A DNA stretch of 63,777 bases, counting the filler, from Rhizaria sp. SCN 62-66 (taxonomy: Eukaryota), in NCBI GenBank assembly GCA_001724265.1. It is 3 parts of 3 records of this genome, joined end to end, with 100 filler letters (N's around TTAATTAATTAA, not from the genome) between each part and the next. Parts side by side here need not be neighbours in the genome. Positions count along the whole stretch, not along the records: positions 23,697 to 47,283 come from MEDY01000427.1; 2 more parts are not named here. One strand, 5' to 3'. Below are positions 25,321 through 38,795 of the stretch, in pieces (positions within the stretch are counted from its first letter, which is position 1; each line of letters begins with the position of its first letter). The translations under genes and the position numbers were made by a program. The notes beneath the pieces are model-generated. The model did not search any database and was not told where the DNA came from. It saw nothing but the letters and a program-made list of their open reading frames with translations.

Positions 25321-27098
25321 GACTCGAGCTCGTGCTGGGGTGGTTATTGGCTGCAATCACAGTGTTTGAGAAGCTGGCGTTGAGATTGCCGCCGGTATTG
25401 CCATGGTAACTCTCGGGACGCGTGCCAGTGATGTCAAGCAGCGACACTGAGCTCAGCGGCGGTGTAACGGCCAGCATTGGCGCAGCGCCGCTGCCGCTGA
25501 GACAGCTGGAACCGCTGAGTCCCGCGCTCACGCTGGTACTCGTGAGTGCGGGCGAGGACGCGTGCTGCGATGGCCGCTGCTGTTGCGGCTGGGGCTGCGG
25601 TTGCGGTTGTTGCACCGCGGTTGTAGTAGCGTGACCGCTGCCGGCACTGTTGGCGTTGCTGCTCGTGTTCGAGAGCAGAATGACACGGTTTGACTTCGGC
25701 TGCGGCTGCTCCTGCTCAATGCTAGTGTTAGAAATCGCGTTCATGTTGTGCGAGTCAAATCCAGTGGCACTGCCACTACCACTGTTTGCGCTGAGATTGG
25801 CGCCTTTTGCGCCGGCGTTGCTGTTGGCGCGGGTGATAAGACGTACAGGTGCGCTGCCGACTCGGGGAGCTGCGGGGCTAGCAGCCACAGCAGCGCCCGA
25901 TGAAACGCTCCCGCTGCTGTTGTTGCTGCTGCCGTTCGCGATCAGAGTGGAGCCACCAGTAGTAGCAGCAACAGCAGCAGCAGCCTGGGCACCGCCACTA
26001 GCGCTGTTGGCCGACGCGCTAGAGTTAGCGTTGTTGTTATTGTTGTTGTTTGCGGCGGCAGTGCGAACGCGGCGTGTCACGGTCGAGGGCAGCGTGCTTA
26101 CAGTCACTGTATCGCCGCCACCGCTGCTGCTCATGGTCATTTTCGCAGCAGTGGGGGCGACAATGGGAGCGGAGGATCCAGAAGCGACAGGTGTACGCTA
26201 TGTCTGAGTGAGGGCCGTTGCCTCATTCTCCGCAGCTGTCGGCACAGTGTTACTGTTACTAGCGCTGTTGCTAGCGCTGTTACTCGCGCTGCTACTTGTG
26301 CTGTTGCTGCTGCTGTTGCTGCTGCTAGCGCTGTTGCTAGGACTGATGTTGCTGTTGCTGTTGCCGTTGGGACTGCTGTTGTTGTTAGAGGCCACGGGTG
26401 CGGTGAGTAAAACACGTCGACTCTTGTTCGGGCTGCTAGGCTGCGACAGCTGACTGTGGGCGGCAACAGCAGCGGGTGCGGCAATCGTCACAGTACTCGC
26501 AGTCGCGGCGGCGGCATTCGCCTTCGGGCTACTGTTAGCCTTATTGTTGCCGTTGTCGTTTTCGCCGTCGTCGTCGTCGCTGTTGTTCTTGCTGTCACGG
26601 TTGTGGGCGGCGTCATCGTCGTCGTCACTGAGCAGGTTTCCTTCGCTGCCGTCGCCGAGGCCCGTAGACGGGATGTAAGTGCTCTTGGACGCGACAGGAG
26701 TGAGCCCGTCAACCAGGGGGGGCGGCACGTCACCAGTGCACGTGCTGTCGCAGTCAGCCAAGTGAGGTACAGTCAACGTATGCGCGTTGAACGGGTTTAT
26801 ACCACCGGCGCTGGTGCCGTTCGCAGCGTCGTTGTTGCTGATGTGGGCGTTTGTGACGGTGATGAAGGGGGTCGCGAGCGTGGTCTCGAAGAAGACGGTA
26901 CTTACATTCACCGTCTCGTCTAAAGGGGCGACGACGCTGTCGTCTAAGCGGCTGAGGGCCGTCTGCTCGGTGCCACCGCCAACAGCAGCGACACCGGCCG
27001 GGATGCTAAGGGTGGTCGCGTTGATACCTACATTCTCAGCAGCACCCTTAGACACAGAAGAAGCCGTTGCATCACCACCACCAACGGAACTTGTCTCC

Positions 27099-27129
<31 letters not shown>

Positions 27130-27519
27130 TCGCCGCCGCAGGAGCGGCGATCGCGGCCGGTGTGGCGACCGTCGTGTCATGCACAACAACTTGCTTCTCC
27201 GTGCTCATAGTCACCGTCTCCGTTACGGTCACGGCCACCGCCTCAGCCGCTACCACCGCTACCGCCGGCACGCTCAGGTCGGCGTACGCAGGCCACCGGT
27301 GCGGCGCCGAGGGCTCCTGCATCGGGATCCCGCAGAGGCCCTTACACTGCAGCGAGGCGCTTACGTCCGACGCGAAGGGGAAGTTAAGCCGGCCTGAGCA
27401 GAAGTTAAGCCGTTTCTTCTCGGCACCACTCTTCTCAGCGACAACAGTGTTCAGAGAGTCGCCGTTGTTGTCGCCGTCCGCGTTGGCGCCATCGCAACTG
27501 CCATTGCTATTGCTGATAC

Positions 27520-27562
<43 letters not shown>

Positions 27563-30500
27563 GAGTGAAGCGAGAGTGGACAGAGCACTGCTGTTGATCG
27601 CTAGCGCAGCTGCGGCAGTACTGGACATCGTGCTGACGCAAAACACGTGCGGCTGCGTCAAAACACGGCGGTACAGCAGTAAATACGCGGTAGACGTGCG
27701 GACGGACTCGACGGTCACGGGGCGCAACACGCTGTCGTTACAGTCGAACCAGCCAATCTCGGTCTGAGAGGAGAAAAACACACAAAAAAGATAAATAAGC
27801 AGGTATATAATGTGTTATTCGGCTAAAATTAACTTCATATACGGAATGTCGATAGAAATACACTTCAGCGAAATGTAAAGTCTTACTAATGAAATGCAAG
27901 TAGTTTAATAGCCACGCAGGTCTGAAAAAGACGCATGAAAGCGACGCGTACCTTGATCGAGGCCGTGTAATGGCCGCCGCCGACGCCGCCGACGTGGTGA
28001 ACGACAGCCGCCAGCTCATACGCGCCGCCGCCGGGCAAAGTCAAACCACGCTGGCGCTGCTTCGGCTGCTTCTGCGTCGGCTGCTTGTTTTTAGATAAGC
28101 CGCCACAAGTACTGGCGTCGCGCACACTAGCGGCAGGGCTCAAGCTGCTAGACTTCGTCTCAGACTTGGAGTTGGACTGGGAGGTTTGAGAGTCTTCTGC
28201 CGTCCCGCTCTCGGTGGCGTCAACGTCAGAGTCATCAGACTCATCAGAGTCCGAGTCGAGTGAAAGCCAGGGAGCGAGGTCCCAGCTCTCGCTGACGGGG
28301 AAATCGACGAAATCAGGCAGTTTACGGCCAGTTTCGGTGAAGCGCTTCAGTTGCAGGACCAAATAGGGCGGCAAAGCGGTCAGAGAGGTCTTGACAGTCG
28401 CCTTGCGGGGTGCCTTGCATTGCGAGCACCTGTGTCCGGTCCGACACAGCAATAATGTCGCAGCAAAGAGTAAGGGAGAGCGAGAAGTTAAAATATGATA
28501 TATGAGATTTGAAGACATAGATAAACAAAACAATACATTTGTTCCAGAAAGAGAAACAAGCCTGCTTAATTCAAATGATATCAATTTACTATACGTGAGA
28601 TATATGCGTCGATTTGTGTTACATACCGCCATGACTCCTCGCCGTCGAGCACCTCAGTGGCCAGCAGAGCAGACAGACACTGCGAAATAGTCGTGAAATT
28701 GGTCGTCACCTTCCTGTTGACATTCACCGGCGGCTGAACATACGAGCCGTAGCCGCCGCCGTAGCCTCCGCCGTAGCTCGCATTGCCGTAGCCACCGTAG
28801 CTGCCGTTGCCATAGCCGCCGTAGCTGGAGCCGTAGCCATAATACTGCGGCTGCTGCTGCTGCTGGGTGTAAGCGCTTTGCTGCTGGGTGTACGCGCTGT
28901 TGTACGCAGGCGGGTTGGCGGGCAAGCGCGGCGGCGGCTTCGTGGTGTTGGGGGCGGGCGCGGGCGCAGCAGCACTGCCAGTGCCGGCGCTAGAGACTGC
29001 GGTGGCACTAGGAGACTGAGGTTGCTGTGGCTGGGCCTGGGCTTGGTTGCGCTGCTGCTGCTGCCTCTGCCCGGGGCCCAAAGCAACCGCATTCGCACCA
29101 GAGCCAGAGCCAGAGCTGTGACTTGGGTTAGATCCAGAGCCGGAGCCAGCGCCAGAGCCGGAGGCAGGAGAGGGAGCGTTGTCGTCATTGCTCAGAACAG
29201 TGTCCGCATCAAAGCCCTTATCGTTGTTGTTACTGTTGTTGGAGAGGTGGGTAAGGGGCAACGGGGGCGCGGCTAAGGGGGCCTTGTTGGCAGAGTCTAA
29301 GGGGGTACTTACAGCAGGATCAGCAGTCGCATTGGCAGCGGTCTCGACAGCGTTTGCGTTGACAGGGGCTGAGATAGCAACAGCATCGGCGTCAGCGTTT
29401 GTCTTTGCGCTATCGTCCTTATTGTCCTTCTTTTCCTCGGCCTCGTTGACCTCATCACCTTCATTAGCGTTCTCCTCGTCTTTGTTGCCATCGTCAGCGT
29501 CATCCTCGCCTTCGTCTTCGTCGTCGTAGTCGTCGTCAAGAGCAGGCGGCAACGACAGCTCACGCGTCACTTCGCTCTTCGCAAGCGCGCCAGTCGCATC
29601 AGCCCGCGCATTCGCGCTGGCGGCCGCTTGCACCGCAGGCGCGGGCACCACTGTCACGCCAGAACCCACCGCAGCGTGTGCGCTGTTGACGCCACCAGCC
29701 GCGCCAGCAGTGTTTGCGGTCGCAAAAGCGGTCGTGTTAGCGGGATTGGGCAGCGTCGTGGTCGTGTAGAGCGGCAGCGACAGACAGCGCCACGGCTCGA
29801 ACCTCTCTGACTTGTACCGGCAGTCGCAACACTGCAGCACGGTCCTGCTCTGGCCCATGAACAGGTCGGTAACCACTGACCGCGAGTGCGCGAGAGTCTG
29901 CTGCCACGCCTGCGCAGCGCGGTCGCGGAGACGCGGCTTAACTTCCTTCGCGGGCGGTTTAACCTCTGTCGCAGCGGACGCAGCAGCAGAGGACGCCGGC
30001 TTCGGCGACGCAACGCCAGAAGTACCAGAAGTACCAGAAGTACTGGTACTCGTGCTCGCGGTGGCGTTAGTCTTGTTGTTGTTAGCCGAGCTCGCGTCTG
30101 TGGGCGCTTTGTTGTTATTGCTGCTGCTGCCGCCGCCGCCGGAGGAGGACGATGCCTTGGCCGCCTTGGCAGCGGCTTTCTCTTGCGCTTCCTGCTTCTT
30201 CTTAAGTTTAGCCGCAGCCCTCATATCCCTGCGCTGCCGCCGCACGTCGCCGCCGTAGTCTCCGGCGGTACTTACATTCTTCCGGTCGAGGTCCTCGTGG
30301 ATTGCATCCAGGATAAATGTAAGTACTTCGTGTGCGTCGTGCTGGTCCCAGCCGCCCCACCCCGCGTCAGCGCCGCCCGGGGCCAGCGCTAGCGCGTCCT
30401 TGAACGGCAGCAGACTGACCGTGGCGCCGCGAGCGACGGCGGCGACGGTGGCCGGGGAGATCCCGGTCCCGGAGACGGGCTTGATGTGGCTGTTGCTGAC

Positions 30501-33500
30501 GTTCTTGTTGATCGGCACTGGGCCGCTGCCCTGCCCCGCCGCCGCGGCCGGCGTGTTGAGAGTGACGGGCTTGGCGTTCGCGACGTTGGCGTTCAATGCG
30601 GCGGGAGCAGCAGCAGCCGAGGCAGAGGCAGAGGCGGAGGCGGGGCGGGCGCGGGGCGTTGCCAGGGACGGCGGCGGCACCACTGGTGGCAACGGAGCCA
30701 TTGCACCAGTACCCGCACTCGCAGAGCCAGAGCCAGAGCCAGGAGCTGCTACGGTAGCAGTGTTGGGGCTCGAGCTAGCGGCGGCAGAGGCAGGCCTCGC
30801 TGTGGGTGCAGTTGCAGTGACCTTGGCAGCAGACGGGTTGATAGCTGTCGCAGGGGCGGTAGTCGCGGCGATCACGGCGGCGGCCGTGGCGTTGGGATGC
30901 AAGGGGGAGAGGCCGAGCGCCAAGCGGCGCACGGCGACCCTTAGATGCTGCGGCAGGGGATCTAAAGGCTGCGCGGACGCGTAGTCACTTACATTTGCAG
31001 TCACCGCAAACAGAGACCGAGGCTGAGGCTGAGACTGGGGCTGGGACTGGGAGGTACTTAGACTAGCGCTTGGGGTACTTACACTGTTCTTAGGGACAAC
31101 GCAGAGTGACCTAGGGGCGTAGGCCAAGTAGCGCCACAGAGAGCGGCGCTGCGGGAGGCTCAGTTCCGAGAAAATCGCCGTTAAATGCTTTAAAGCAGCC
31201 AGACCAACATCAGAAGCAGCAGCAGCAGCAGCAGCAGCATCACTAGATGTTGTGTTATTGTCGCTCAGCTGTGTCGCCACCGTCACAGCCGCTGCAGTCG
31301 CCGCAAGCTTAACACTGTCGCTCACATGCCCCGCAGCACCCTTAGACGCCGTGTAGGTACCAGTGGCACTGGGACTGCAGCGCCAATGCTTGAGCTGCGC
31401 CTGCGGCAGCGCCCTGGCGGTGGCAGAGGCCAGTGCGAGACCCTTGACACTCACGGCGCCGCCGCCGGCGGTGGTGGCACTGGCACTGGCATTGGGATCG
31501 ACTGCGCTCTCACGGTTATTCGTGTGATTCAGAGCGTTAAGATGCGCCTCTGCTTCTGCGAGCGTGATTTCGGCCTCGAGTTCGGCCGTGCTCGCCGCTG
31601 TCACGGCAGACACAGGCGGGGCGTCTTTCTTGCTAGAACGGCTGAAAAACCCACCAATCTTGCTAAACAGACTAAAACCGCCGCCCCTTCTAGCCTTCCG
31701 CGCAGCCTTCCGCGCAGCCCTAGCCGCCGTAGCCGCCGCGAGCGCAGCCGTCTTGGCGGTGGCGGCAGCTGTGCCGGAGTAGTCGTCGCTGTCTTCGGCC
31801 GCCGCGGCTTCACTTTGCGCAAGGGCGACGGCGTCGGCGAGAAGTAAAGCCGCGTCTCCGTAGGGGTACTTCGACGAAGATGACGTCGAATCTTGAGTCG
31901 TCTCGGTCTCGTTATCATCGTTATCAGCCAAAGCACCCTCATCAACAGCATTATCGCGGTCTATGTTGTTCTTGTTGTTGCTGTTGTTGCCGTTGCGAGA
32001 GTGACTGTGAGCAGTGGCAGTGGCGGAGGCGCCCGCCCATCCACGCCATAGGTACTTAAACTCGCGGGGGGTACTCGCCGTCGCGGAGGAAGTTGAGCCG
32101 CCACGAGTTCCCGCTCCTCGAAAGTGGCCGTGGGCCGGAGGGCGCGGCTCGGCGCCGCTGTCGCTGGTGGCCCACTCACAGTCGCACGCGCACCCGCGTA
32201 AGGGGGTACTTAGACCGACGCCGCCGGGACTAGAGGCAGTCGGGGTTGCTGCAGTACTGCCAGAGTTCGCATCGTTCCCCAAATTCCCCATATTCCCCGT
32301 GTTGTTATTGGGATTGTGACGACGCTGGCGGCAGATGCAGACGCCGGGACCACTCACGGTGTTACCATCGTTGTTGTTGTTGTTCGCGTCGTCGATGTCA
32401 CTGCTGTTCTCAAGAGCGCTCGCGTTCGCGGCAGCGCTGTTGTTGTTGTCCCCGGTGCTGTGGTTGTTATCAGAGGCTTCAGGCGATGACGACGAAGTCG
32501 AGGACTCTGATACAAGCTCCCTGGGCGGCTTAACTTTGACGACCTTCTTGTTGGCGACTAAAAGGTACTTGGACTCGTCGATGACGTCACTCTCCTCGTA
32601 AAACCACGCAAAGCACTCGCCCGTCGCGGGGTATTTACACGCCAGCTGAGACTGGACAAGTGCCCCCTTAGATGGGTCCAAGGGGGCCGCGGGCGCAGGC
32701 AGGCCCGCAGCGCGCGCCTTCTTGACGGCGTCGGCGTGCGCTGCGGCAGCAGCGGCGGCGGCCGCAGCGGCCAGCAAGCGGCGGGCGCGACGGCGGCGGG
32801 CGCGGCGACGGTGGTAAGCCGTGGTTGCAGCGGCGGCAGCGGCAGCGGCGGCGGTGGCGGCGGCGGCGGCGGCGGCAGCAGCGGCAGCGGCAGCCTTATC
32901 AGCTGCCTTTTTCTCAGCCTTGCTCAGCGGAGCAACGGGCGCAGGCGCAGTTGCCGACGCTGCAGACGTGCTGTCAGAGACACTCTTGGCTGTGCTGTTT
33001 GTGTTGTTTGCGTTGCTTGCTAACACGACAACATCAGAGCTCGAGTTACTATTGTTATTGCTGCTGTTATTGTTATTGTTACTGTTATTGTTGCTGTTAT
33101 ACAGAGAAGGTCGGAGACGACGACGGCGTTCAACGCGGCTCATGCCACTTACACCGGCCTCACGGCCATTCCACTCTAAATACCCGCCCTGAGAGGTGTC
33201 TAAGTACCCCTTAGACGCGCAGTCAAGCCGCCACGCAGCGGCGGCGAGCGCGGCGGCGGGGGTGACGGCGCGGGCGCACGCGAGGCCGGCCCACTGAGAC
33301 AAAACAACCGGTTCCGAAAAATTGCCTGCAGTCGCAGTTGCAGCAGCAGCAGCGGCAGCAGAAGGAAGCCAGTCGACAGCATCCTTGTTCGTGAAGTGTA
33401 AGTGCGCCTGCGTAAGGGTGGGCTCGTCTAAGGGCAGCACGGCGACGGGGATGTACGGGGCCGTGGCCGTGACCGTGGCTAAATGCTTATAATAAGCCGC

Positions 33501-36500
33501 CGACACGAGTCCCTGGCTCGAGAACTTGCACCGCGCACGCCGCAAATCGCGGACAAAGCACTTGGACAGGAAGTACTCGCTCAGGGGCTGCACGCATCTA
33601 AGTAGCTGCAGCGCGGAGGCTAAGTAGCACGTGTTGCCGTGGTTGATGATACCAGTCAAAGGTGCGCGGCTTAAGATCGCAACATTGCCAGAGCTACTCG
33701 CGGTGCTCAGACCCGTGTTCGCAGCCTTGGCCCCAGTCTTCGCGCTCGCATTAGCCTTGGCATCGGCGCCGATATTCGCGCTCGTGATCGCGTTTGCGGT
33801 GTTGTTGTTTGCGAGAGGGACTGTTTTGAGCACGGCTTGGCGCAACGCCGCGAGCTGCGACCGCGTTAGGGGCCGGGACGGAGCGGTGACTGTCGCGGGC
33901 ACCAGCATCGAGCCACTTACCGGGTCCCAGAGGTACTTAGACTGTGGCGACAGGGACGACGACGACGAGGACGACGACGAGCCGTCTAAGGGGCACTTAG
34001 ACTCCGCCTCTTGCTCGTGACTATTGGGGGCCACGAGAGGGAGAAACGTGCGAGCAGCGTCGGCGACATAAGTTAAGCCGCCCACCGCAACCATGCGCGT
34101 CTCAGCAGCAGACCCTGACCCCGCCTCAGCCTCAGCAGCCGCAGTCGTGGCATTTGGATCGTAGTTAAGGTTGAGGTTCACCTTGGGGACTGTGTTCGTG
34201 TTGTTGTGCGTGTGTGCCAGAGTGTGCGACGGCAGCTGGTAACGCGTGGTGCTCACAGTCTTCGTCGTCGTTGTGGTCGTGAGCGTGGTCGTCGTCGTGC
34301 GCCGCTTGGTGACGCTGTGAGTACCCGCGACTGCGCCAGTACCTGTGACAGCGTCAGTAGTGTGATTGGAACCGGTGACACTCGTGGCGCCGTTGCTGCT
34401 GGTAGCAGGGACAGCGCCGCTTGCCTCGGCTGCGACAGAACCCTTGTTGTCAGTCCTGGTCTCAGGTTGAACGGTCTTAGCATCAGCGTTACTGCTAGCA
34501 ATCGCCGCCGCAGCTGCGGTCGCGGTAGCATCAGTCGGAGCAGTGGCATCACAATGAGCGTTGGTGTTCATGTTGGCCTTCGCAGCGACGCAGTTGCCGT
34601 CGTCGCCGTCATCATCCAACGCAGGCGCACTTGCATCCTCGTTGTTGGCATTATTATTATTGTTGTTCTTAGCACCTTTAGACTCGTCCTCGAGCTCGAA
34701 GTACTCTGTGTGATAGCCGATGTCAGTGACTTCAACGCGGCTGCTCACTGTCACTTGCTCGTGAGTGCTCACGGTCACTTTGCCCTTCGAACTACTCACA
34801 TTCGCACTCGCACTAGAGCTAGAGCTCGAGCTGTGCGAGTTGGTATCGTTGTAGGGGCAATAAAGCAACGGCACCGTGGGGATAGATCCTGTGAGAGCAA
34901 TTGCACGCGTCTGCGCAGTCGCTGAAGCTGCAGAAACTGGAGAGGCTGCGGCGGACGCGGATACTGAGACGGGAGAGGTTGTTGTTGTTGTTGTTGTTGT
35001 TGCTGTTTTAGCCTTAGTAGCAGAAGCTGAAAGAGGAGAGGGCTTGACTGTAGGCACTGGTAAGGGTCCGGCTAAGGGCAAGCGGGAAGGTAAGTCGCCA
35101 GTGACAGTGCCTTGCTCGTGAGGGGCACTGAGGTTGTGCGCGTAGGTGCTTAGACTCGCGAGATCGGACTCGACTGTCGCATCAACAACGGCAGCACCAG
35201 AGTTGTTGTTAGCTGGAGCGCACGTGCTATTGTTGTTGTTGTTGAGGGATTTGCTCACAGTCACGGTGTAAATCCCGGGCGTGGCCTGTGCTGGCAGCAT
35301 CACGAACAACTCAGCGCCCGGCACCGCTGCCGTACTGCGGGAATCAAAGGCAAGCCGCTTGCTCCTTAACGCGGAGTCGCCAGGCTTAGCCTCACCACCA
35401 GCAGCAGGTTGAACTTCTGCTGCGGCAAGGCACGGCGGCTTAACTTCCTGCTCGTAGGGCGCAGTCGAGACAGCCGTGTAGGCCGTGGCCACGGTGCTGG
35501 CCAAAACACGTGTCTGAGCCTCGATCAACGCAGTCTCAGCTAAACTACGCCTCGAGTTGTCGTCGCCACCCGTCTTCGTTTCAGACTCACTCTTGGTGGA
35601 AGTGGTTGGTGCGCTGGCTTGTGAGTCTGAGGGCTTTTGAGGAGGGGCAAAGGGCACGCGTAAGGGCCTGTAGTAAGGGTGCACGTGCCCCTTAGACGGG
35701 GTAAGTAGCACGGCCCTCACACTTACATCGTCATCAACAGCAGCATCTACCGTAGCCTCTACGGCGCCCTTAGCCTCAGCTGCACCCTTAGACTCGGCCG
35801 AGCCCTTAGAGTCAGCACGAGGCGTAGTCGTAGATGCGTCCTTCTCACGCAGGAGCCCCTTAGACTCGTTCGTGGCTGCGGGTAAGTACCCCTTAGGGCT
35901 CGCCTGCGAGCACAGCAGCGTGTCAGGAATCGCCGCCGCCGCCGCCGCCGCCGCCGCCCGCTGCTGTTGCTGCAGCAGCTGCTGCTGGTATTGGAACTGC
36001 TGCGGTTGTGTGACGTTGTTGTACGCGCCCGCAAGACCGATGTAAGTACCAGGCTTATAAGGGCCGCCGGGGGCGCCGTAGCCGTACTTAGGCGGGGTGT
36101 AAGCACCTCCGCCATTGCCATCATCATCGTCGTCCTCGTCCTCACCCTCACCCTCATCATCCTCGTCATCATCCTTCGCGTTGCCGTGGGCGTTGTTCTT
36201 GAAGAACCCGCCGACGCCAGTGCCGACGCCACTCACGCGTACCCGGGTACCCGGGGCCCCAGCCGTGTTACTATGGCCACTGTTAGAGGCGGGGGACGGC
36301 GCGGCCGTGCTGCCGGCGACGACGACAGGGCTCTGGTTGTGATGGGCGCCCGTACTGCCGCTCACAGCGAGGGCGCGGGCTGCGGAGGTCGTGTTCTGAA
36401 GTTTAGCCGCGCCGCTGCCGCTGCCAGGGCCGCCCTTAGAGGTGTTGTTGTAAGTGCCGGTTGTCGCAGGTGAGAGGAGGTCTAGGTGGTTGCCGTTAGC

Positions 36501-36746
36501 CGCACCCTTACCCTTAGGCTTCGCTACATCGGGGGACTCGAGGGGCGCCTCTAAGTACCTTCCGCCATCACCGTTGGTGCTTCCAGTAGCAGCGCCAGCG
36601 GGTGCGCTCCCGTTCGCAGTGCCAGCGCCAGCAGCGCGTTTTGCGGGAGCAGTCGCGTTGCTTTTGGGGTTAGACTTGGGATTTGGATTGCGGCCGTTGC
36701 CGTTAGGGGGCGAGCCGGGGGCTGGCTTTGACGCACAGGCGCCCAT
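24887..36746 (-). CDS. Very large ubiquitin-specific protease (peptidase C19), ~3824 aa if two in-frame TAGs (26198-26200, 25241-25243) are read as sense
   Basis: Exons 36746-28627, 28429-27952, 27763-24887. Cys box GIINHGNTCYLASALQ, QHDAHEVLTFILDAIHEDL, LFMGQSRTVLQCCDC...FEPWRCLSLPL, WR|CSQCK...LPPYLVLQLKRF, His box YELAAVVHHVGGVGGGHYTA, WFDCNDS, AYLLLYRR. N-terminus MGACAS. Without read-through it would end at 26198. Confidence 0.9.
25244..25320. repeat. (TTG/AAC)n trinucleotide microsatellite encoding poly-Asn
   Basis: Near-perfect GTT run. A similar run lies at ~27519-27562. Many other poly-Ala/Asn/Gln/Asp triplet runs occur in exons. Confidence 0.85.
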
Positions 36747-37576
36747 TCGTCACCAGGAAAGCGGGAAACAGCGCAGACAGAGACGGTGGGCTAGGTTGCG
36801 GGGGAGATACCGTTGCTGGTGTTGCTGTTGTGGGGAGGGCGGTGGCTGTGAAGGACTTTACTGACAATGAAGGGCCTGGCACGGAGCAGACACGCGCGGC
36901 TCTGTTCAGTGCGTAACAGCCGCAAGCGCTCGTTTGAAATAACACACAAAAGCTTTGCGGTAAGTATACCCGGGTGACGATAAGAGAGAAGTGGAGGAGA
37001 AGGTACAAAGAAGATAGAGATGGTTTAGGAAAGTGAGAGAGTGGTTGTGGTTAGAGCGAGTCGTGTCCGCACAAGAACCGGGATATCAGCGCATATATGA
37101 AGCGCAACAAGAGTAGTGCAAGGTGTCTAAGACATTGACTTTCGTTTAAAAAGGATTGTACTGCTTTTAGTCGCATGACATGTTGTCGTTAGGCTGGAGA
37201 GAGGCGGGTCGCCTGGGTTGGATGGAGCAAGCTGCTCTGAACCAAAGGTCGTGGTGGTTTGTTCGGCAACAGAATATGCACGACACATCCGTGCAGCGTG
37301 TAAGAGACAGCAGATACGCATATCTACAAGTGCGCGCCCGTGTGAATATAAAATATAAACCCAACCAAGCATCGCTGCAAATCACATATCTACTCTTTCT
37401 GCCAACTTCCGATTCGTTCTGAATGAACCAACCCGACTGGTGGCTGGTTCGTAAAAATATTATAGCTCACGGTCACTTTGCTGCGGTCGAGCTCGGCGGG
37501 CGAGAGTGAGGACGAGAGGGCAAACTTTGAGATGATTTGTCATTGCCTTGTTTGCGTCGAAGCAGTCTCTAGTAGG

Positions 37577-38795
37577 ATGTTGCGCAACATCAGCAAGCTT
37601 GCTAAGCTTGCACCCAAGGTTGGTGCCCCCGCGAGCGTTCTGGCGCCCCTGGTGAAGCCCGTGACGACGGACGCTGCCCTCATCAAGCGTCGTGACAATG
37701 TCGTGCCCATTGTCACCAAGATTTACAGTACGTTCCCATTTCTGTCTGCATCCCGCACAATTCTGTTTTATTAGTTTCTATCGCACTCTGCCATAGCATC
37801 GTGTTGCTGTCGCTATACAACCGCCTCTTGGTCTTGTTCTATCCCTCTTTTGACATCCTTCCCAACCAACTCTGCCTCTGGCTCAGCAACCCTAACGCCT
37901 TCCGCGCGCCCACTCCCGTGCCTTCCCCTATCATTCTCTCATGCTAATTTCGCACCACCACTTTTCCCTCCTTTCTTATCTCCCTCGTCTTATTTTGGCT
38001 CCTCCCTGCTCCTTCGTCTTGTGCTCTATTTCGCCTTTTCCATCTTAGCCCGCCCCCGCCCCGAGTACTGGGAGACGACCACGCTCACGGAGCAGGTCGA
38101 GCGTCACGCCCGCCAGTTCTTCCTGACCGAGATGTTGCGTGGTTTCATGCTCCTCATGGAGAACATCTTCTCCCCCAAGGTCACCCTGAACTACCCTTAC
38201 GAGAAGGGTCCCCTCTCGTCCCGCTTCCGCGGTGAGCACGCCCTCCGTCGTTACCCCAGTGGTGAGGAGCGGTGCATCTCGTGCAAGCTCTGCGAGTCCA
38301 TCTGCCCCGCGGTCGCCATCGTCATCGAGGCCGAGCCCCGTCTCGACGGCGCGCGTCGCACCACGCGCTACGATATCGATATGACCAAGTGCATCTACTG
38401 CGGCTTCTGCCAGGTATGTTATTCCCCATCCACTTTCTCCCAGTCAGTCCAAACATTAAATGCTTCGCTTGACGGCATAGATCCACGCTGCATAATGTAT
38501 CACTCCACTTTTAGGTGTAATTGTCAGACTTGTGTTAATAAGTTCAAAATTATTTTGCACCCCTTGATTTTATTGGATATACTCACTTGCTTTTCCTCGC
38601 TATCTCGCCACCCTACTTTGTTTTCTAACACAGGAGGCTTGCCCCGTCGATGCCATCGTCCTCGGCCCCAACTTCGAGTACTCCGTCGAGACGCACGAGG
38701 AGCTGCTGTACGACAAGGCCAAGCTGCTTGCCAACGGTGACCGTTGGGAGCCTGAGCTGGCGTACAACATCAAGCTTGAGTCCGCTTTCCGGTAA
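37577..38795 (+). CDS. NDUFS8: NADH:ubiquinone oxidoreductase 23 kDa (TYKY) subunit
   Basis: Exons 37577-37727, 38049-38413, 38634-38795 (225 aa). [42 protein letters not shown]...[21 protein letters not shown]...LLANGDRWE. Stop TAA. Confidence 0.97.

Noticed and set aside
33981-33990. GCCGTCTAAG resembling the Neisseria DNA uptake sequence GCCGTCTGAA
   Set aside because: Single imperfect match in an intron-containing eukaryotic gene; better explained as part of the local hairpin motif.
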